From positions 78,433 to 142,432 of the IMG/VR virus record IMGVR_UViG_3300021478_000016: a stretch of 64,000 bases of DNA; one strand, written 5' to 3'. This document shows, piece by piece, positions 29,186 through 38,781 of this stretch (within the stretch, counting starts at the first letter, position 1; each line of letters opens with the position of its first letter). This DNA is from a virus. The position numbers and the translations under genes were made by a program. The notes below the pieces were generated by a model that did not search any database, had not been told where the DNA came from, and saw only the letters and a list, made by a program, of their open reading frames with translations.

Positions 29186-29982
29186 AGCACCAGATCTTTC
29201 ATGAGGGTTCCGACGTAGAAGCCTGTGCTCTGGTCCCAGACGATGTACGTCTCGGAGGCCCAGAAGTAACCGAGGAGGCCCCAGCCCTTGCTCCAGGAGT
29301 TGCGGACCTTGAACTGGCGGACGCCGTTCAGGCGACGCACGCCGGTGATGACCAGAGCGTGTCCGCCCACGCTCGTAGCGGGCGGATTGAAGACGAAGTT
29401 CGGGTCGGCGTTCTGAGCCCAGTAGCTCTGGAGATCTTGCCCGACCTCTGTTCCGAAGACGACTGCGCGGTTCGCCTTCAGCGCGGTCTCGATGTCGTCG
29501 CCGCGCTGTGTACCCGTGCTGTCGATGTTGTAGTACGCCTGGAGCAGGTTGTTGCTGGCGTTGAAGAACGCCTCCTCCGGCGGAGAGGTCAGGACCTTGG
29601 AGGGGTCGTACGGCCAGTAGCTCTCTGGGCAGATGCCAGTCGATGAGAGAGCGACGGCCCCTGAGCGGGTGTAGCAGCCGGCGTCGAAGAGCTGGTCACC
29701 CGTCAGACAACGCGCTGTCCAGTAGAGGAACTGGCGAGCGAGTGCGGGCTCGACCTTCGAGAGCTCGAAGTAGAGCAAGATGCGCAACTTCGCCTCCCAG
29801 GCGTTCGCGACGCACGACTCCTCTTGGAGCTGGTCGTTGATGTCGATCTTGCTGTCGTCGATCTCGTAGTCCTCGTTCTCGTTTGCCACCGCCATGTCCT
29901 TGAGTGGACTGCGGAAGACGATGAACTTCCTGTCGTGGAGGTTCGGTCGGTGCGGCTTGCACCCGAGGTGGGTGTGGATCAC
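29182..29982 (-). CDS. papain-family (C1A) cysteine peptidase
   Basis: DQ...SCVANA, GGHALVITG, VRNSWSKGWG..GYF. Confidence 0.9.
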   Translation of the reverse strand: MIHTHLGCKPHRPNLHDRKFIVFRSPLKDMAVANENEDYEIDDSKIDINDQLQEESCVANAWEAKLRILLYFELSKVEPALARQFLYWTARCLTGDQLFDAGCYTRSGAVALSSTGICPESYWPYDPSKVLTSPPEEAFFNASNNLLQAYYNIDSTGTQRGDDIETALKANRAVVFGTEVGQDLQSYWAQNADPNFVFNPPATSVGGHALVITGVRRLNGVRQFKVRNSWSKGWGLLGYFWASETYIVWDQSTGFYVGTLMKDLVL

Positions 29983-30278
29983 TGCGGCTGCTGAAGGCAT
30001 GGGTTCACCTGATCGCAGGAGGTCACGGTTGAGATGCACTTGGGAGCCTGAGGAACATCGGTCTGTTCTGCGTCACGACAGCGCTCTGCGTAGGTCTTGC
30101 CGAGCGTGTTCGGACCGCCGAGAAGACGGCCCTGGCTGTCGGTACAGCCCAGGGTCAAGAGCTTGGCTTGTGCGGCATCGCAGAAGGACGAATCGTCCGG
30201 CGCCGGCGCTTTCGGATTCTGCTTCGTACATGTCGAGGCTGAGATGCTCAGAGCGAGCAGGCAGACGAGTTTGAACAT
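29979..30278 (-). CDS. small Cys-rich secreted protein or lipoprotein
   Basis: Signal peptide ending in ASTC; several further Cys. Confidence 0.6.
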   Translation of the reverse strand: MFKLVCLLALSISASTCTKQNPKAPAPDDSSFCDAAQAKLLTLGCTDSQGRLLGGPNTLGKTYAERCRDAEQTDVPQAPKCISTVTSCDQVNPCLQQPQ

Positions 30279-30361
30279 GAAGAGCAGTGTACTCCCTTGC
30301 CAGTAGCAAGAGGAGTCGAGCCGGAGGTACAAGAAGCCCGTGACCAGTTTCTAGGAGAAGG

Positions 30362-30742
30362 ATGATGGACTACCTCATGAGGCTGTACGGAGACGAACTT
30401 GACCCGCTCCACTCTGGAGACACCAAGAGCTGGTTCCAGTTCTACAAGTGGCAGGTCGAGGGTGAAGTCCACGTGGACATCAGCGTGGACGACGTCCTCT
30501 ACCGAGACATCAAGGAGAAAGATCGACTCTGGTTCGTGATGGACCGAACGCTCATCGGTTACGTCCAGGTGCTGCGAGTCGTACACGACCCGACGCTAGA
30601 CAAGCTGGAGATCTGGTACAGCGGGGAGAAGTGCTACAAGTACGAGTACGATCTCGCTGCCCCCCTCACGGAGAACTTTGGGACGTTCGTCCCGAGCGAA
30701 GTCGCCGAGGAGTGGGTCAAGCGCTGCAAGGAGCCATCATGA
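30362..30742 (+). CDS. hypothetical protein
   Basis: RBS; operon start. Confidence 0.6.
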   Translation: MMDYLMRLYGDELDPLHSGDTKSWFQFYKWQVEGEVHVDISVDDVLYRDIKEKDRLWFVMDRTLIGYVQVLRVVHDPTLDKLEIWYSGEKCYKYEYDLAAPLTENFGTFVPSEVAEEWVKRCKEPS

Positions 30743-31362
30743 ACACGCTCGTCAAGGATCGACTCACTCCTGTCACCTCTCAGCAGTTCGCCAGTACCAT
30801 GAGCGAAGCGTGGCCAGTTCACTTCGTCACGCCGGCATCCAAGAGCTCCGTCCTGGTGCTGACGGCACAGTCCGTGCTCGAGACGGGGTGGTGGAAGTAC
30901 TGCCACAACTACAACCTCGGCAACATGAAGTCCGTCGCCGGCGATGGGTGGGACTACTCGTTCTTCGCCTGCGACGAGGTCTTGTACACCCCGGTCGCGC
31001 TGAAGTTCCAGGCGGCCTCCACACCGGCAGCGCCGTGCAAGATCACATCGCAGAACCCGCACAACAACACGTCCACGATCTGGTTCTACCCGGACCACCC
31101 CGGCTGCCGCTTCCGCGCGTTCTGCATGAAGAAGCCGGACGGTTCCATCGATGAGGCGGCCAGCCTGCGTGCCGGCATGGATGCGCATCTCAACACGCTC
31201 TACAAGCGGTTCGGGTTGGCATGGCCTGCGGTCCTGAAGGGAGACCCGCGCGCCTTCGTCCAGGCGCTCAAGGCTCAGGGCTACTTCACGGCACCCGAGA
31301 AGCCGTATGAGGACTCGGTCGCCGAGATCTTCGAAGAGCTCCAGAAGACCGTGACCATCTGA
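30739..31362 (+). CDS. GH73-like glucosaminidase (endolysin candidate)
   Basis: AQSVLETGW, NYNLGNMK, FRAF, LKAQGYFTA..Y. Confidence 0.75.
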   Translation: MNTLVKDRLTPVTSQQFASTMSEAWPVHFVTPASKSSVLVLTAQSVLETGWWKYCHNYNLGNMKSVAGDGWDYSFFACDEVLYTPVALKFQAASTPAAPCKITSQNPHNNTSTIWFYPDHPGCRFRAFCMKKPDGSIDEAASLRAGMDAHLNTLYKRFGLAWPAVLKGDPRAFVQALKAQGYFTAPEKPYEDSVAEIFEELQKTVTI

Positions 31363-31412
31363 AGATGTGGACAGCAAGATGAAGATGGTCTATCCGAAGA
31401 TACATCTTCATC

Positions 31413-31739
31413 ATGCCCCACGAAAGAAAGCCGCTGCACGTCTTTCCGTTCCTCGAAGGCAATGATCGCTTCGGTGGACAAGTCGAAGTGGTCCACCGCA
31501 CGACATCATACGAGGACGGCAACACTCGGCGGTTCATCGACCTCACGCTGAAGATCGGTGAGAGGTTCTTGAATCTGCCCATTAGGCAGCTCGACGACGT
31601 CATCGCGCAGCTTCTGAAAGCGCGGGATGTCGCCAGTGAAGAGCTCCAGAAGCTCTTGGCAGAGCAGCCTCGCGAGCAGCGCACCCGGGGCGGCCCCAGA
31701 ACTCAGAGCCGCCCGCGCAACAGGAACAGAGAGGACTGA
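31413..31739 (+). CDS. hypothetical protein
   Basis: ORF only. Confidence 0.55.
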   Translation: MPHERKPLHVFPFLEGNDRFGGQVEVVHRTTSYEDGNTRRFIDLTLKIGERFLNLPIRQLDDVIAQLLKARDVASEELQKLLAEQPREQRTRGGPRTQSRPRNRNRED

Positions 31740-31744
31740 ACATC

Positions 31745-31894
31745 ATGGATCTGGACACCTTCAAGAAGAAGCTCAAGAGCAACGGCTACGACGGCGCCAC
31801 CGGCGCGAAGCGCGCACTCGGTCGCGTCAACATGACGAAGAACGAGAAGGCGCAGGCACGCGCTGCCATCGACCGCAAGTACAAGGGGAAGTAG
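31745..31894 (+). CDS. 49-aa basic protein (absent from the ORF track)
   Basis: MDLDTFKKKLKSNGYDGATGAKRALGRVNMTKNEKAQARAAIDRKYKGK; GAGGA RBS; fills the gap. Confidence 0.65.
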   Translation: MDLDTFKKKLKSNGYDGATGAKRALGRVNMTKNEKAQARAAIDRKYKGK

Positions 31895-31897
31895 CTC

Positions 31898-32686
31898 ATG
31901 ACCTCCAAGGAACAGGCGATCTACGACGCCTTCATCAAGCGCCTCAACGGCGAGACCGTCGATGGGAAACCGCCGTTCAAGGAGTTCGTCAACGCGGCCA
32001 AGTCCCTCGCCAAGTCCATGGTCACGCAGAAGGTCAAGGACGAGCTGCGGAGCATCGCCGAGACGAAGTTCGGTCGCGGTGGGGCTGCGGCACCACCGAA
32101 GAAGGGCAAGAAGGGTGGTGAGCCGGAGGAGCCGACGCTCTCGCAGGTCGTCGAGACCGCCGAGCTTCCGAAGCCGGTCCCGCCCTCGAGGATGCCGGTG
32201 TACAACACCATCCCCGAAGGCGCCTCGGCCAAGCTGGAGTTCCTGCGTCAGGCGATCGACAACAACGTCCGCGTCATCCACGGTCTGATGGAGGCCAAGG
32301 CTGCGGACCCGAGCGCCGACGTCTCGGAGATCCAGGACGCCATCAACAAGCTGACTCTCTTCAATCAGCAGCACAACGACGAGGTCGACATCATCCTGAA
32401 GATGGTCTTCCCGAGTGGTGGTCGCCCTCTCCTCTCGCAGAACGGTGGTCGCCTCACGCAGTCGGAACCGGCAACACCCAACGGAACAACGGCCGCGCCG
32501 ATGATGGCCCCTACCCCTCCGACACCGCCCACCACCACGCTCGGTCGCTCTCCGTTCGCCAAGCAGGAGATCAAGAACGTGGTCGTCACCGGCTTCCAGC
32601 CCCCCGACCGCGTTCAGCTCGCACCCGACCCGAAGGAGGTCGAGCTCCTGAAGAGGACGGCGCCCATCACGTACGGCAAGCGCTAG
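31898..32686 (+). CDS. hypothetical protein
   Basis: ORF with typical codon usage. Confidence 0.65.
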   Translation: MTSKEQAIYDAFIKRLNGETVDGKPPFKEFVNAAKSLAKSMVTQKVKDELRSIAETKFGRGGAAAPPKKGKKGGEPEEPTLSQVVETAELPKPVPPSRMPVYNTIPEGASAKLEFLRQAIDNNVRVIHGLMEAKAADPSADVSEIQDAINKLTLFNQQHNDEVDIILKMVFPSGGRPLLSQNGGRLTQSEPATPNGTTAAPMMAPTPPTPPTTTLGRSPFAKQEIKNVVVTGFQPPDRVQLAPDPKEVELLKRTAPITYGKR

Positions 32687-32713
32687 GCGCCCTCTCTTCT
32701 CCCTCGACCACAG

Positions 32714-32753
32714 CAGGCCGATCTCCTCCACGTTGTCGGAGGGGGTCGGCCTG
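32714..32753 (+). terminator. 16-bp stem-loop
   Basis: CAGGCCGATCTCCTCC / GGAGGGGGTCGGCCTG with 2 G-U pairs. Confidence 0.6.
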
Positions 32754-32768
32754 TCTAGTATTAGGCTC

Positions 32769-33059
32769 ATGAATCAGGCGCTGCGTGTACTTCGCCCGTT
32801 CTTGGGTGGATTGGGCAACTGGCGACCGGTCATCATCAAGTCCACGTACATCGACAAGCTCTCGATCGATCTGGTCGACACCGGCATCGAGGTCACGGCC
32901 TTCTGGAAGGACAAGTCCTGGAAGAAGGTCTTTACGAACGGAGAACTACTCGGACATACTGCTACTCTTCCAGCAGAGGCCTGGCGTGTGCCAAGAGAGC
33001 CTTGCTACTGGGCGAGACAGATCATCGCAGCCATCTTGAACCAGCGAGGAGTGACATGA
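32769..33059 (+). CDS. hypothetical protein (possibly leaderless)
   Basis: TAGTAT 7 nt before the ATG; no RBS. Confidence 0.55.
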   Translation: MNQALRVLRPFLGGLGNWRPVIIKSTYIDKLSIDLVDTGIEVTAFWKDKSWKKVFTNGELLGHTATLPAEAWRVPREPCYWARQIIAAILNQRGVT

Positions 33060-33460
33060 CCCAGCCCGTTCCCACCAGCCTGACTCTCACGACGGACCAG
33101 TACACGGCGCTGGTCGCTCTTGCTCGAGTCGGGGCGCAGTCGCAGAACGGAGACCAGCTCGCTCTCGAGGCATTCCTCGTGCAGATCGAGAGGAACAACG
33201 GCGTCACCCGCTATCTCTTGTGGGTGCGCTGGCAGGAGTTGGACGAGCCTCTCCCGGCGACCGTGAGTTTCCCCACGAACTGGCCGCCCAACCTTTCGAA
33301 GAGCATCCAGCTCCTCAATCGACCCGTGGCCAAGGTCGATGTGGAGGCGGTGCTCACGCAGTACGCGAGGAACCCCACCAACGTGATGGTCACACCGGAC
33401 CCGAACGCGTTGCTTGGCTGGTCGACGCTCGATCAGTACTTCAACAACGAGGTTCCGTGA
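33056..33460 (+). CDS. hypothetical protein
   Basis: GAGGAG RBS; ATGA overlap. Confidence 0.6.
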   Translation: MTQPVPTSLTLTTDQYTALVALARVGAQSQNGDQLALEAFLVQIERNNGVTRYLLWVRWQELDEPLPATVSFPTNWPPNLSKSIQLLNRPVAKVDVEAVLTQYARNPTNVMVTPDPNALLGWSTLDQYFNNEVP

Positions 33461-33624
33461 TGGACAAAGAGCAGGACTGTCACGTAGGTCACAGCATCGA
33501 AGAGCTTCCAGATCTTCCAGATGGATCTAAGCGGGCTTGGTGTAGAACCTGTCAGAGGCTGTTGGTTACCATCTTCAAGCCGCTAGAGTCGATTCACATC
33601 ACCCTCAAGTTCGAAGCCGAATGA
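33460..33624 (+). CDS. small Zn-binding protein
   Basis: CxxxH..CxxC; coupled stop/start. Confidence 0.5.
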   Translation: MDKEQDCHVGHSIEELPDLPDGSKRAWCRTCQRLLVTIFKPLESIHITLKFEAE

Positions 33625-33995
33625 AGGCGTTCCTCCACATCCAGGGCTATCTTCTGGTGGCCCGAGACCAGCAGATCATTCAGGAGCTCATCGAGCTGGC
33701 AAAGACAGGCGCTGGCTCATGGCTCAAGGCCACTCCTGTGGCGCTCGACGCGTACAGCATCAAGCTCGAGGCCGTCGAGGAGACGCTCTCTCCCGGAGAA
33801 GAGCACGAGTTCCTCGAGTTCCTGCACATGCTGGGTGAGAAGTACCCAGGCAAGATCTCCGGAGAGTTCGAAGTGTGGTGGCCGATGGCTGTCGAATCGG
33901 GCCCGCAATGGTGGCAGCTAGACAAAGATGGAAAGCTCTACATCACTGAAAGTGATATAATCCGCGGGGAGCGTGCTCCCTATGACAAGGCCTAA
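33621..33995 (+). CDS. hypothetical protein
   Basis: ATGA overlap. Confidence 0.6.
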   Translation: MKAFLHIQGYLLVARDQQIIQELIELAKTGAGSWLKATPVALDAYSIKLEAVEETLSPGEEHEFLEFLHMLGEKYPGKISGEFEVWWPMAVESGPQWWQLDKDGKLYITESDIIRGERAPYDKA

Positions 33996-34446
33996 GAGAT
34001 GTGCTTGCGGTAGACCGACACAAGCAAAAGGTCTCTGCAATGCGTGCTATCTGAAACGATGGCGCAAGAATAATCCTGAGCGATCCCGGGCTATCAATAT
34101 TCGGTACCGCAAGAAGAATAAACAAGCGATCCTTAGATGGAACCGGCAGTACAACAAGAAGTATTACGAAGAGAATCGTGAAGTCATCTTCTTCAGAACC
34201 ATCAAGAGGAAGTACAAGATCTCACGAGAAGAATATGAAGCCTTATTGATCCAACAGGACGGTCGCTGTGCCATCTGTCGGAGAAAACCCTCACCTGGCA
34301 AAAGGCTTGGAGTTGATCATTGCCATAAGAAACTCAAGATCAGAAAGCTTCTATGTACTAATTGCAATGCCGGGCTAGGAAACTTCAAGGATAGTCTAAA
34401 GCTACTGAGGCTAGCGATCGAATATCTGATGCTGTACAAGGAGTAG
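33982..34446 (+). mobile_element. endonuclease VII-family (HNH) free-standing endonuclease
   Basis: QDGRCAIC..VDHCH..RKLLCTNCNAGLG; markedly AT-rich. Confidence 0.88.
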
Positions 34447-34449
34447 TTC

Positions 34450-34989
34450 ATGGACAACGACAAGGTGATCGCAATCGTGGCTGTCTTCGTCTTGGTGATC
34501 GCTGTGGCCATGGCCCTGCGTTCCCTCTTCATGAAGAAGACGAGAGAGCTCGCCCAAGACGTCCACATGGCCAACGCCCTCGAGGCATTCGGAGAGCAGG
34601 TACCTCGCTGCCTGTGTGGAGAGCCGGCCACCGAGCCGATGCCAGTGCTGCGTCGTGACCGCGGAACGTTCGACTTCCTTCGCAAGCTGTTCGCTGCCCC
34701 ACCACGCTACGTCAGGTACGTCGACAAGAACGCTGCGCCTGCGCTCTGTGCCGTCCATGCACACGTCGCCGACGCGAAGATGGACGAGTTCATCTTCCAG
34801 CGCGTGAGAGCTGTCTTCGCCGTGGCCAACGCGACGGTGGCCATCGAGGCGGCCGGCTTCGAACGTGAGTCCCTGGCGAAGCACCTCGAGGGTTCGCTCA
34901 CGGATAGGGAGAGGAAGTCTCTGCGCAAGACGACCAACAACGTGATCTCCCTGGCGGTGAACGGCGATGCCCGAGAATCCTCCGGCTGA
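34450..34989 (+). CDS. membrane-anchored Zn-finger protein
   Basis: N-terminal TM helix; CxC...CxxH. Confidence 0.6.
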   Translation: MDNDKVIAIVAVFVLVIAVAMALRSLFMKKTRELAQDVHMANALEAFGEQVPRCLCGEPATEPMPVLRRDRGTFDFLRKLFAAPPRYVRYVDKNAAPALCAVHAHVADAKMDEFIFQRVRAVFAVANATVAIEAAGFERESLAKHLEGSLTDRERKSLRKTTNNVISLAVNGDARESSG

Positions 34990-34990
34990 T

Positions 34991-34998
34991 GGCATAAG
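34991..34998 (+). promoter_or_regulatory. GGNATAAG phage promoter motif
   Basis: GGCATAAG directly before a GAGGAGG RBS. Confidence 0.55.
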
Positions 34999-35011
34999 AA
35001 GAGGAGGAGAG

Positions 35012-35398
35012 ATGCGGTGCATGAACTGCGCTGCCTCTCTTCCTTCTTCGGACGCCAAGTTCTTCCAGGGCGTCCTCGTCTGTTCTTCATGCGAAGAGTC
35101 AGCGAAGCGTCTTCTCGCGTGGCGGCTGCGGCAGATTGAACATCTGCGAACCGCTGCACGAGAAGAGATTCGTCTGCTCTTGGTCGAGGGTCGCCTGCAC
35201 TTGGGACCTCTCGAGCTGAAGGACAAGCCGGAGATGCCTGCGCTCCTCCGGCCTCTACCCCTACTCGTGGAGGCAAGACATGCTGCTCGAACTCGCACTG
35301 GCTCTGGGAATCCGCCAAGCCAACCCGTACCTCAAGATGGAGACAGCTCAGAAGTGGGCGAGCGTGGTGGTACAGGAGTCGGAGGACAAGGGACTTGA
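35012..35398 (+). CDS. Zn-ribbon protein
   Basis: CMNC..CSSC. Confidence 0.55.
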   Translation: MRCMNCAASLPSSDAKFFQGVLVCSSCEESAKRLLAWRLRQIEHLRTAAREEIRLLLVEGRLHLGPLELKDKPEMPALLRPLPLLVEARHAARTRTGSGNPPSQPVPQDGDSSEVGERGGTGVGGQGT

Positions 35399-35744
35399 TC
35401 CCTGGCTCTTCTTCGCCATCATCCGCCACGAATCTTGGTGGATTCCTTCCGTCATCCACCGTGAGAAGGGTGATGCATGTGACGTCGGTCTGGGGCAGAT
35501 CTTGCTCGTTCGGTGCCGAAGAGTCGATGTGCTTCCTCTTCTCGACCCCGTCATCAACCTCAGGAGATCTGCGCAGGTCCAGAAGACGGCCATGGACTAC
35601 TGCACGGAACGTACCTGCACGAAAGACTGGCTCTTCCTGTACAATCACAGCTCGACGTACGTCAGGCTCGTGAAACACGAAGCAGAAGAGGCCCGTCATG
35701 AATTCGAACTCCTTGCCCAAAGGGCAGCTCCCTCCTCGCGTTGA
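35280..35744 (+). CDS. lytic transglycosylase (SLT-like)
   Basis: AIIRHES, DVGLGQI, LDPVINL, YN. Confidence 0.8.
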   Translation: MLLELALALGIRQANPYLKMETAQKWASVVVQESEDKGLDPWLFFAIIRHESWWIPSVIHREKGDACDVGLGQILLVRCRRVDVLPLLDPVINLRRSAQVQKTAMDYCTERTCTKDWLFLYNHSSTYVRLVKHEAEEARHEFELLAQRAAPSSR

Positions 35745-35991
35745 AGCCATCTGGGGAGACTTCGAAGCCGACTGTGCCTGGAACGGCAGCGGCTGTGGCT
35801 TCAAGGGCTTGAAGTTCAAGGCAGCACATTCTGGGGGTCTTCGGGTGGGCGACATCGTCTACCAAGACCCCCAGAACCACTTCTTTGGGAGGTGTCCAAA
35901 GTGTCAACGCTACTGCATGAAGGTCACGAAGGTTCCGCAGGTGGCTCCGCCCCCGGGACCGAAGGGCTTCACGAAGATCCCCACAACGTAG
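35698..35991 (+). CDS. Zn-ribbon protein
   Basis: Cx6C..CPKC. Confidence 0.55.
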   Translation: MNSNSLPKGQLPPRVEAIWGDFEADCAWNGSGCGFKGLKFKAAHSGGLRVGDIVYQDPQNHFFGRCPKCQRYCMKVTKVPQVAPPPGPKGFTKIPTT

Positions 35992-36407
35992 TCCTATCGA
36001 TCAACGGCTACGAAGACAAGCAGGGATACGCCGACAAGCTCTTGTCGGAAGTCATCCGACGATGGCATGTCGACGGTGACTCGTACATCAACTGGAAGCG
36101 GATCGCCATCCCGCGGCTGTACCTCGAGCATGCAGCCCACCTTCTCTTTATCCAGGGGATCAGCCCAACGCAGTTCTTCATGGCGTCGGGGCTGACCTGG
36201 TACCGGGACGGAGTCCATCACGAGATACCCGGTCCCTTGATCTTTATCTCCGGCGCTCTCTCCGCCCCCTACGAAGTGCCGGCGCACTTCTCCAAGCTCG
36301 TTCTCGGGCAGCTCATGAAGGCGAGCTCGGAGAAGGTGAAGGTCGCAGATACCTGTCTGGCCATGGCCAGGTACGAGGCCCAACGCCATCTGAAACGCGG
36401 CGCTTGA
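35892..36407 (+). CDS. hypothetical protein (start uncertain)
   Basis: Protein-like from about 35990. Confidence 0.5.
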   Translation: MSKVSTLLHEGHEGSAGGSAPGTEGLHEDPHNVVLSINGYEDKQGYADKLLSEVIRRWHVDGDSYINWKRIAIPRLYLEHAAHLLFIQGISPTQFFMASGLTWYRDGVHHEIPGPLIFISGALSAPYEVPAHFSKLVLGQLMKASSEKVKVADTCLAMARYEAQRHLKRGA

Positions 36408-36462
36408 AACGGTGCAAGCACCGCTATACTGTACAGACAATGGCCCCACACATGAGGTCCCG

Positions 36463-37641
36463 ATGAGTCAAGGTGACAAGCAAGGAATCGCTCCGCCTGG
36501 TGGACGCCCGCCGGCGGGCCCACAGGCGGCGGCGTACGGCGCGGGAGCGGCGGCACGGACGGCAGGGCCGGCGAAGTACGGCACTCCTCGAGCGGGTGGG
36601 CCGCCGCCGCCCATCCCTCCGCTCGATGGTCCTCCGGGGGAAGGGATGACGATGGCTGCGATGGCGATGGCGCAGCGTCAACCTCCTCGGCCGCCGGGGT
36701 CCATCCTCACGACCAAGGAGCAGATGCAGGGACCGGACATTCGTCCGACGGACTTGCTGCCGGCCGAGGCGCAGTCGGACGCCGGCTTCATTCAGGGCTC
36801 CGGTTCCATGTACGCCGCTGCTCAGCCAGCGCTTGCCATGAAGTACGGCGTCGTGCGGGAGGGTCGTCGCATTCCTCCGCAGCAGCTCATGGCTCGTCAG
36901 CAGGGGCCGGGAGGGCAGCCTCGAGCTCCTCTGCGCACGGAGACGATCGAGGGTCTCAAGAAGCTCGGCGAGCTCGCCAGCAATGAGATCGGCAGTGAGC
37001 GAGCAGCCAATGCCGCGGCCGAGAAGGAGAGTGAGCAGGGGCCAGCGGGTCGGGCTGCTGCCATCGGCCTCCCTCCCGGTTCTGGTGGGGAGGGGGGTGA
37101 ACGTCTCAGCGATGAAGAGATCAAGAAGCGTCTCGCTGGGATGGACGAGTTCGACCTGAACAATGTCCACGAGATGATGGTCAAGGACATCATCAACAAC
37201 GAAGAACAGCGCAAGATCGTGGAGGCGCGGCTCGAACCGCTCAACCTGGCCGACCTGGTCGTCAACTTCACCGTCACCCAGCGCGTCCCCATCATCCCGG
37301 GCGTGTTCGAAGTGGAGTACGAGTCGACGAGTGGCGAAGACGACCTCTGCATCAAGAAGATGCTGGTCGAGGAAGCCAAGAGCCTCAAGGTCGACGACCG
37401 CTACTTGCTCGACAAGTACTCGCTCATGGGGCTGGCCTGTGCCGTCAAGAGCATCAACGGCAAGCCCCTCGGCAGTCACCGAGACAACGAGGGCAACTTC
37501 AACGAAGAGGCTCTCGATAAGAAGTTCAAGAGGCTTCTCAAGATGCCACTGCCGATGCTCGCAGCGATCGGCCCGCACTACTTCTGGTTCGACATGCGAG
37601 TGCGGAAACTTTTCGTCGCGGAGACAATAAAAAATGGCTAG
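36463..37641 (+). CDS. putative tail assembly chaperone (gpG-like) with long disordered N-terminus
   Basis: C-terminal chaperone-like domain (AVKSING..) ending at an A AAA AAT slippery site; TATACT upstream. Confidence 0.6.
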   Translation: MSQGDKQGIAPPGGRPPAGPQAAAYGAGAAARTAGPAKYGTPRAGGPPPPIPPLDGPPGEGMTMAAMAMAQRQPPRPPGSILTTKEQMQGPDIRPTDLLPAEAQSDAGFIQGSGSMYAAAQPALAMKYGVVREGRRIPPQQLMARQQGPGGQPRAPLRTETIEGLKKLGELASNEIGSERAANAAAEKESEQGPAGRAAAIGLPPGSGGEGGERLSDEEIKKRLAGMDEFDLNNVHEMMVKDIINNEEQRKIVEARLEPLNLADLVVNFTVTQRVPIIPGVFEVEYESTSGEDDLCIKKMLVEEAKSLKVDDRYLLDKYSLMGLACAVKSINGKPLGSHRDNEGNFNEEALDKKFKRLLKMPLPMLAAIGPHYFWFDMRVRKLFVAETIKNG

Positions 37642-38075
37642 AGACTCCTGAAGGCTGGGCGCTGGCCAATCTCGTCCTTCAAACAGCGAGTAGTCCGCCC
37701 AAGCGAGGATCACTTCGGGAGTCTGTCCTTTTTGCTCTGATCCTCAAAAAGGAAGACATCGAGACAGCACGTACGAAGGTTCTCATCCAGTCCCTCCTAG
37801 AGAAGGAGCACACGCAAGACGCCTGGAAGCAGTTCATCACCATCGCCTATCCCTGGGCAGAGACGGCCAAGAAGAGGGAGATTGGCGAGTGGGCCAAGCG
37901 TCTGTCCCAAGAAGTTGCTCGAGGACCTCTCGTCATCACAGCGCAAGCAGATCCCTCCTTCCGAAGCCGGCTCAAGACACGCGTCGTCGACCGGGAGATG
38001 CTCAACCCGCAAGCCGCCGCCGCAGTCGCCAGGCTCTCCAAGAAGCTCAGACCAACCATTCCATCCAAGCCATGA
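37629..38075 (+). CDS. -1 frameshift extension (gpT-like), absent from the ORF track
   Basis: 148 sense codons in the -1 frame (KKWLETPEGWALANL...PSKP); no early start codon; the stop overlaps ATG 38072. Confidence 0.75.
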   Translation, partial: KKWLETPEGWALANLVLQTASSPPKRGSLRESVLFALILKKEDIETARTKVLIQSLLEKEHTQDAWKQFITIAYPWAETAKKREIGEWAKRLSQEVARGPLVITAQADPSFRSRLKTRVVDREMLNPQAAAAVARLSKKLRPTIPSKP

Positions 38076-38470
38076 ACCCTACAGTCGCAAAAGCTCAGTT
38101 CTGTCCTCGCTGCCACAGTCCGGCGGTGGAGTTCGGAACGGTCATCGTGGAGAGTGGCCCGGCCAAGTGCAATGCATGCGGTTGGGCGGGGACCAGGAAG
38201 GAGCTGCTCGTCACTCCCTACATGCACAACATGGGGAGTGACGAGCAAGTACTCACCCAGTTCGTCTCGGACTTCCGCGGTGTCTTCACCAAGGAGTGTG
38301 CGGTCGCAATCGGTCGTTGGCTTGCTCGTTGGGGTTTCCTCGCGAAGGACGATCCGAAGGAGCAGGCCAAGGCTCTGGCGAAGTACATGACGAACATCTC
38401 TCGAGCGTGCATCACGGCAATCCTCGAGACTCGTCAGGCGATCGAGAAGGAGAAGAAGAATGTCTCATAG
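38072..38470 (+). CDS. Zn-ribbon protein
   Basis: FCPRC..CNACGW. Confidence 0.65.
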   Translation: MNPTVAKAQFCPRCHSPAVEFGTVIVESGPAKCNACGWAGTRKELLVTPYMHNMGSDEQVLTQFVSDFRGVFTKECAVAIGRWLARWGFLAKDDPKEQAKALAKYMTNISRACITAILETRQAIEKEKKNVS

Positions 38471-38780
38471 CCCTCCGCTCGAGGATGTGCCGGGTCAGCT
38501 TGGGATGAAGGCGGTCCCCGGCGAGACGAAGACGGACATGCCTCGTTGCTTCCTCGATGCAGATCGAGGTTGCGGTCCGGACTGCATGGCCTACCTGACG
38601 CACCCGCCGACCGATTCTGACTACCGAGATCAGACGTGGGCTCGCTGTCATCTACTGGTCAATGCCAATCGTGCTGGCAAGCACCTGGTCATCTTGGCCT
38701 CCATCGGCTCCCAGATGCTCAAGAGGCATGAGCCAGGACCGCCCAACCCGAACGATATCGCTCCGCCGAAGGTGGTCTGA
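38460..38780 (+). CDS. Cys-rich hypothetical protein
   Basis: CF..C..DCMAY..C. Confidence 0.6.
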   Translation: MSHSPPLEDVPGQLGMKAVPGETKTDMPRCFLDADRGCGPDCMAYLTHPPTDSDYRDQTWARCHLLVNANRAGKHLVILASIGSQMLKRHEPGPPNPNDIAPPKVV

Positions 38781-38781
38781 C

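Noticed and set aside
35892-35991. Frameshift joining 35698..35991 to the next ORF
   Set aside because: The frames are in a -1 relation, but I found no canonical slippery heptamer or stimulatory stem
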